Assembly: GCF_009914755.1 (NCBI RefSeq)
Contig: NC_060931.1
Reading direction: 5' to 3' (one strand)
Length of the DNA: 64,000 nucleotides
Origin: the human T2T-CHM13v2.0 reference genome, Homo sapiens
This document shows positions 61,729-64,000 of this stretch, one piece after another (the first letter of the stretch is position 1; each line of letters opens with the position of its first letter). A program made the position numbers and the translations under genes. The notes beneath the pieces were generated by a model, which worked only from the letters and a program-made list of their open reading frames with translations, had not been told where the DNA came from and did no database searches.

Positions 61729-62215
61729 TGTGGTAGCTGGCCTCCAAGCTAACCTGCAATAATCTCTGCTTCCTGGAGTGCACACCCTTGTGTAGTCCCC
61801 TCACCTACTGCATGAGGGTTGGTCGATGTCACCACTAGAATACATCAGAATTGCCAATATGCTATTTCAGAGGCTTCTTCCTTGCTCTCAGTCATTCATT
61901 TCAAGGAAAGCCTGCTTCTACATCACAGGATGCTCAGGCAGTGCAGGAGAGAGGCCCACAAGACAAGAGCCAAGGCATTCTGTCAAGAGCCATTGGAGTG
62001 TGCCATTTTGGAAGTGTAACTTCCTGCCAGTCAATCCTTCAAATGTCTGCAGCCCCAGCAAGTACCTTACTATAGCACATGAGAGACTCTGAGCCAGACC
62101 ACAGCTGAGCCGCAGCCAGATTCCTGGCTTTAAGAAACAGTGAGAGATAATCTATGTTTCTTTAAACTGCTAAAGTTCAGAGTAATTTGCTTCGCAGCAA
62201 TGCATAACTAATACA
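61729..62215 (+). mobile_element. MLT1F-type solo LTR
   Basis: TG...CA ends (tgtggtagctggcctcc / gcataactaataca); cacacccttgtgtagtcccctc. Confidence 0.85.
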
Positions 62216-62640
62216 GTCCTATTCTCATGTGAGGCACATAGAGAATCTGCATAAGAATTTTCCTTTGGCCTTTATAAAGGCTTAACACATAGCATTTCAG
62301 AAACTCCTTCAACCAGTGGGTGAACTAAAAGCAATAGAAAGAGAATTACATCATCACACATTCATCTACTAGTAGGTCCTTTTAGTTGTTTTGTGCAACT
62401 AGAAAATTTAAATATGTTAAGAACACATAAAATAGAAGAGTAAATAGTATTTATTATTATTATTGCTATTATTATTTATCAGAAAAGTAACTTGACTTTG
62501 GGTTTTACAAAGACAACAGAACTTAAAATTTTTTTAAGTCAAGCTCCATGAATAACATAATTTTACCTGCAAAATTTCAAAATGACTCTTGTTTTCCTCC
62601 CTGAATTGACAGCCTTTTTATAATTCATTAATTTTACAAT

Positions 62641-63018
62641 TGATATGGTTAGACTTTGTGTACCCATCCAGATCTCATCTTGAATTGTAATCCCCATAAA
62701 TCCCATAATCCCCATGTGTCAAGGGAGAGGCCTTGTTGAGGCAATTGAATCATCAGGATGGCTTCCCCCCCTGCGTTCTCATGATAGTGAGTGAGTTCTC
62801 ATGAGATCTGATTAGTGTCTGGCAGTTCTCCTGCTTGGACTCACTATCTCTCTCCTGCCACCTTGTGAAGCAGGTGCCTGCTTCTGCTTCCACCATGATT
62901 TTAAGTTTTCTGAGGCCTCTTCAGCCATGCAGAACTGTGAGTCAATTAAATCTCTTTTCTTTATAAATTACCCAGTCTCACGTATTTCTTTATAGCAGCA
63001 TGAGAACAGACTAATACA
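62641..63018 (+). mobile_element. THE1 (C/D-like) solo LTR
   Basis: tgatatggtt...gactaataca; perfect 5-bp TSD acaat at 62636-62640 and 63019-63023. Confidence 0.93.
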
Positions 63019-63222
63019 ACAATCTTGAGTAATCTAAAGTATCATTAAGAATTTAATCTTCCCTTAGTTTTTTTTTTTTTTTCTGAGCCCTATTTGTAGA
63101 TGTTTCCGCAAGTCTCTGGAGTATAAGACAGTCAAATCACATGTTTCTCCTTCATTAGAAAACTGGTGCTAGTTAAATATATGAGATAATATTTTATCAA
63201 TTGTTTCCTTCAATATCGAATC

Positions 63223-63395
63223 TTTTTGTTTTTGTTTTTTTTCTTTTTTTTTAAGACAGGTTCTGGCTCTGTTACCCAGGAGTGTGGTGGCACGATCTTG
63301 GCTCACTGGAACCTCCACCTCCTGGGCTCAAGTGATCCTCCCACCTCAGCCTCTTGAGTAGCTGGGATTACAGGCGTGAGCCACCATACCCAGCC
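63223..63395 (-). mobile_element. Alu right monomer (FRAM/AluJ-like)
   Basis: Single arm with ctcctgggctcaagtgatcctccc; T-rich tail; TSD core gaatctt. Confidence 0.8.
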
Positions 63396-64000
63396 CTAAC
63401 AGTGAATCTTCACCTTGAAAACTCAATGACAAATCTCCAAAGAGGAAATACGTTCTTTAATAATCTTCATCTCAGAAATGTACACAATCCAATGTCTTGG
63501 AAATTGATACAAAGAACATGAATTTCTGTTCTTACTGTATTTGGTTCAAAATTAGAGTTGTTTTTTATAATTATTATCTCCTCTTTTTCATTTCTTTCTG
63601 TAGTTTTATTCTCTGTATATGTCTAGTATTCTTGCATTGCAATTAGAATCATGTTTTATTTATTGTCTTAGATGAATAAAATGAATTTAATGCTAAATTT
63701 GGAATAGGACACACATTTTCAGAAATAGTGTAGCACTAAATTTAAAGTTAAATCTAGGACTTATTTATTTTCTTCATGTAAATAGCAAAATAGTTGCCAC
63801 AGGTCAAGAAGAAATCAAATGACAAATTGATTTTGATTAACTATCAAGAAAATAGAGAATATGATATGACTTTGACTTTCTGATACAAGACCTAACTCAT
63901 GAGCCTGAGCGTAGTGTGGTCTGGGACCTCTGCTGCATACTTTTTGGTGGCAATTATATATTTGCTTCTCTCTCTCTCATTGACACACTCTCCTGTCACC

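Overview
This is primate (very likely human or great-ape) genomic DNA. It is AT-rich and dominated by interspersed repeats, typical of an intron or intergenic region. I found no recognisable cellular protein-coding exon: most ORFs in the track come from LINE-1, Alu or LTR sequence, and the rest are short and unrecognised. Main contents: (1) a full-length antisense L1PA5/6-type element with TSD (34804-40950); (2) a sense L1PA7-type element missing about 1.5 kb at its 3' end (8789-13430); (3) an older antisense L1PA11-13-type element carrying a nested L1PA4/5 insertion; (4) a very young L1PA2/L1HS-like fragment; (5) L1PB, L1MA and L1M remnants; (6) about 16 Alus and Alu monomers; (7) solo LTRs (MER52, MLT1, THE1), L2/MIR fossils and hAT transposons (MER5, MER53). 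I see no evidence for a wholly new multi-gene system. The best leads are a U6 snRNA/L1 chimeric retrocopy (5751-5922), open antisense ORF0 frames in both 5'-intact L1s with a possible in-frame splice to a downstream non-repeat exon, an apparent L1PA16/L1PA15 chimera inside one TSD, a perfect 17-bp palindrome carrying two octamer motifs, and several template-switch scars. Subfamily names come from remembered consensus diagnostics and need RepeatMasker/Dfam confirmation. Boundaries of old repeats are approximate.
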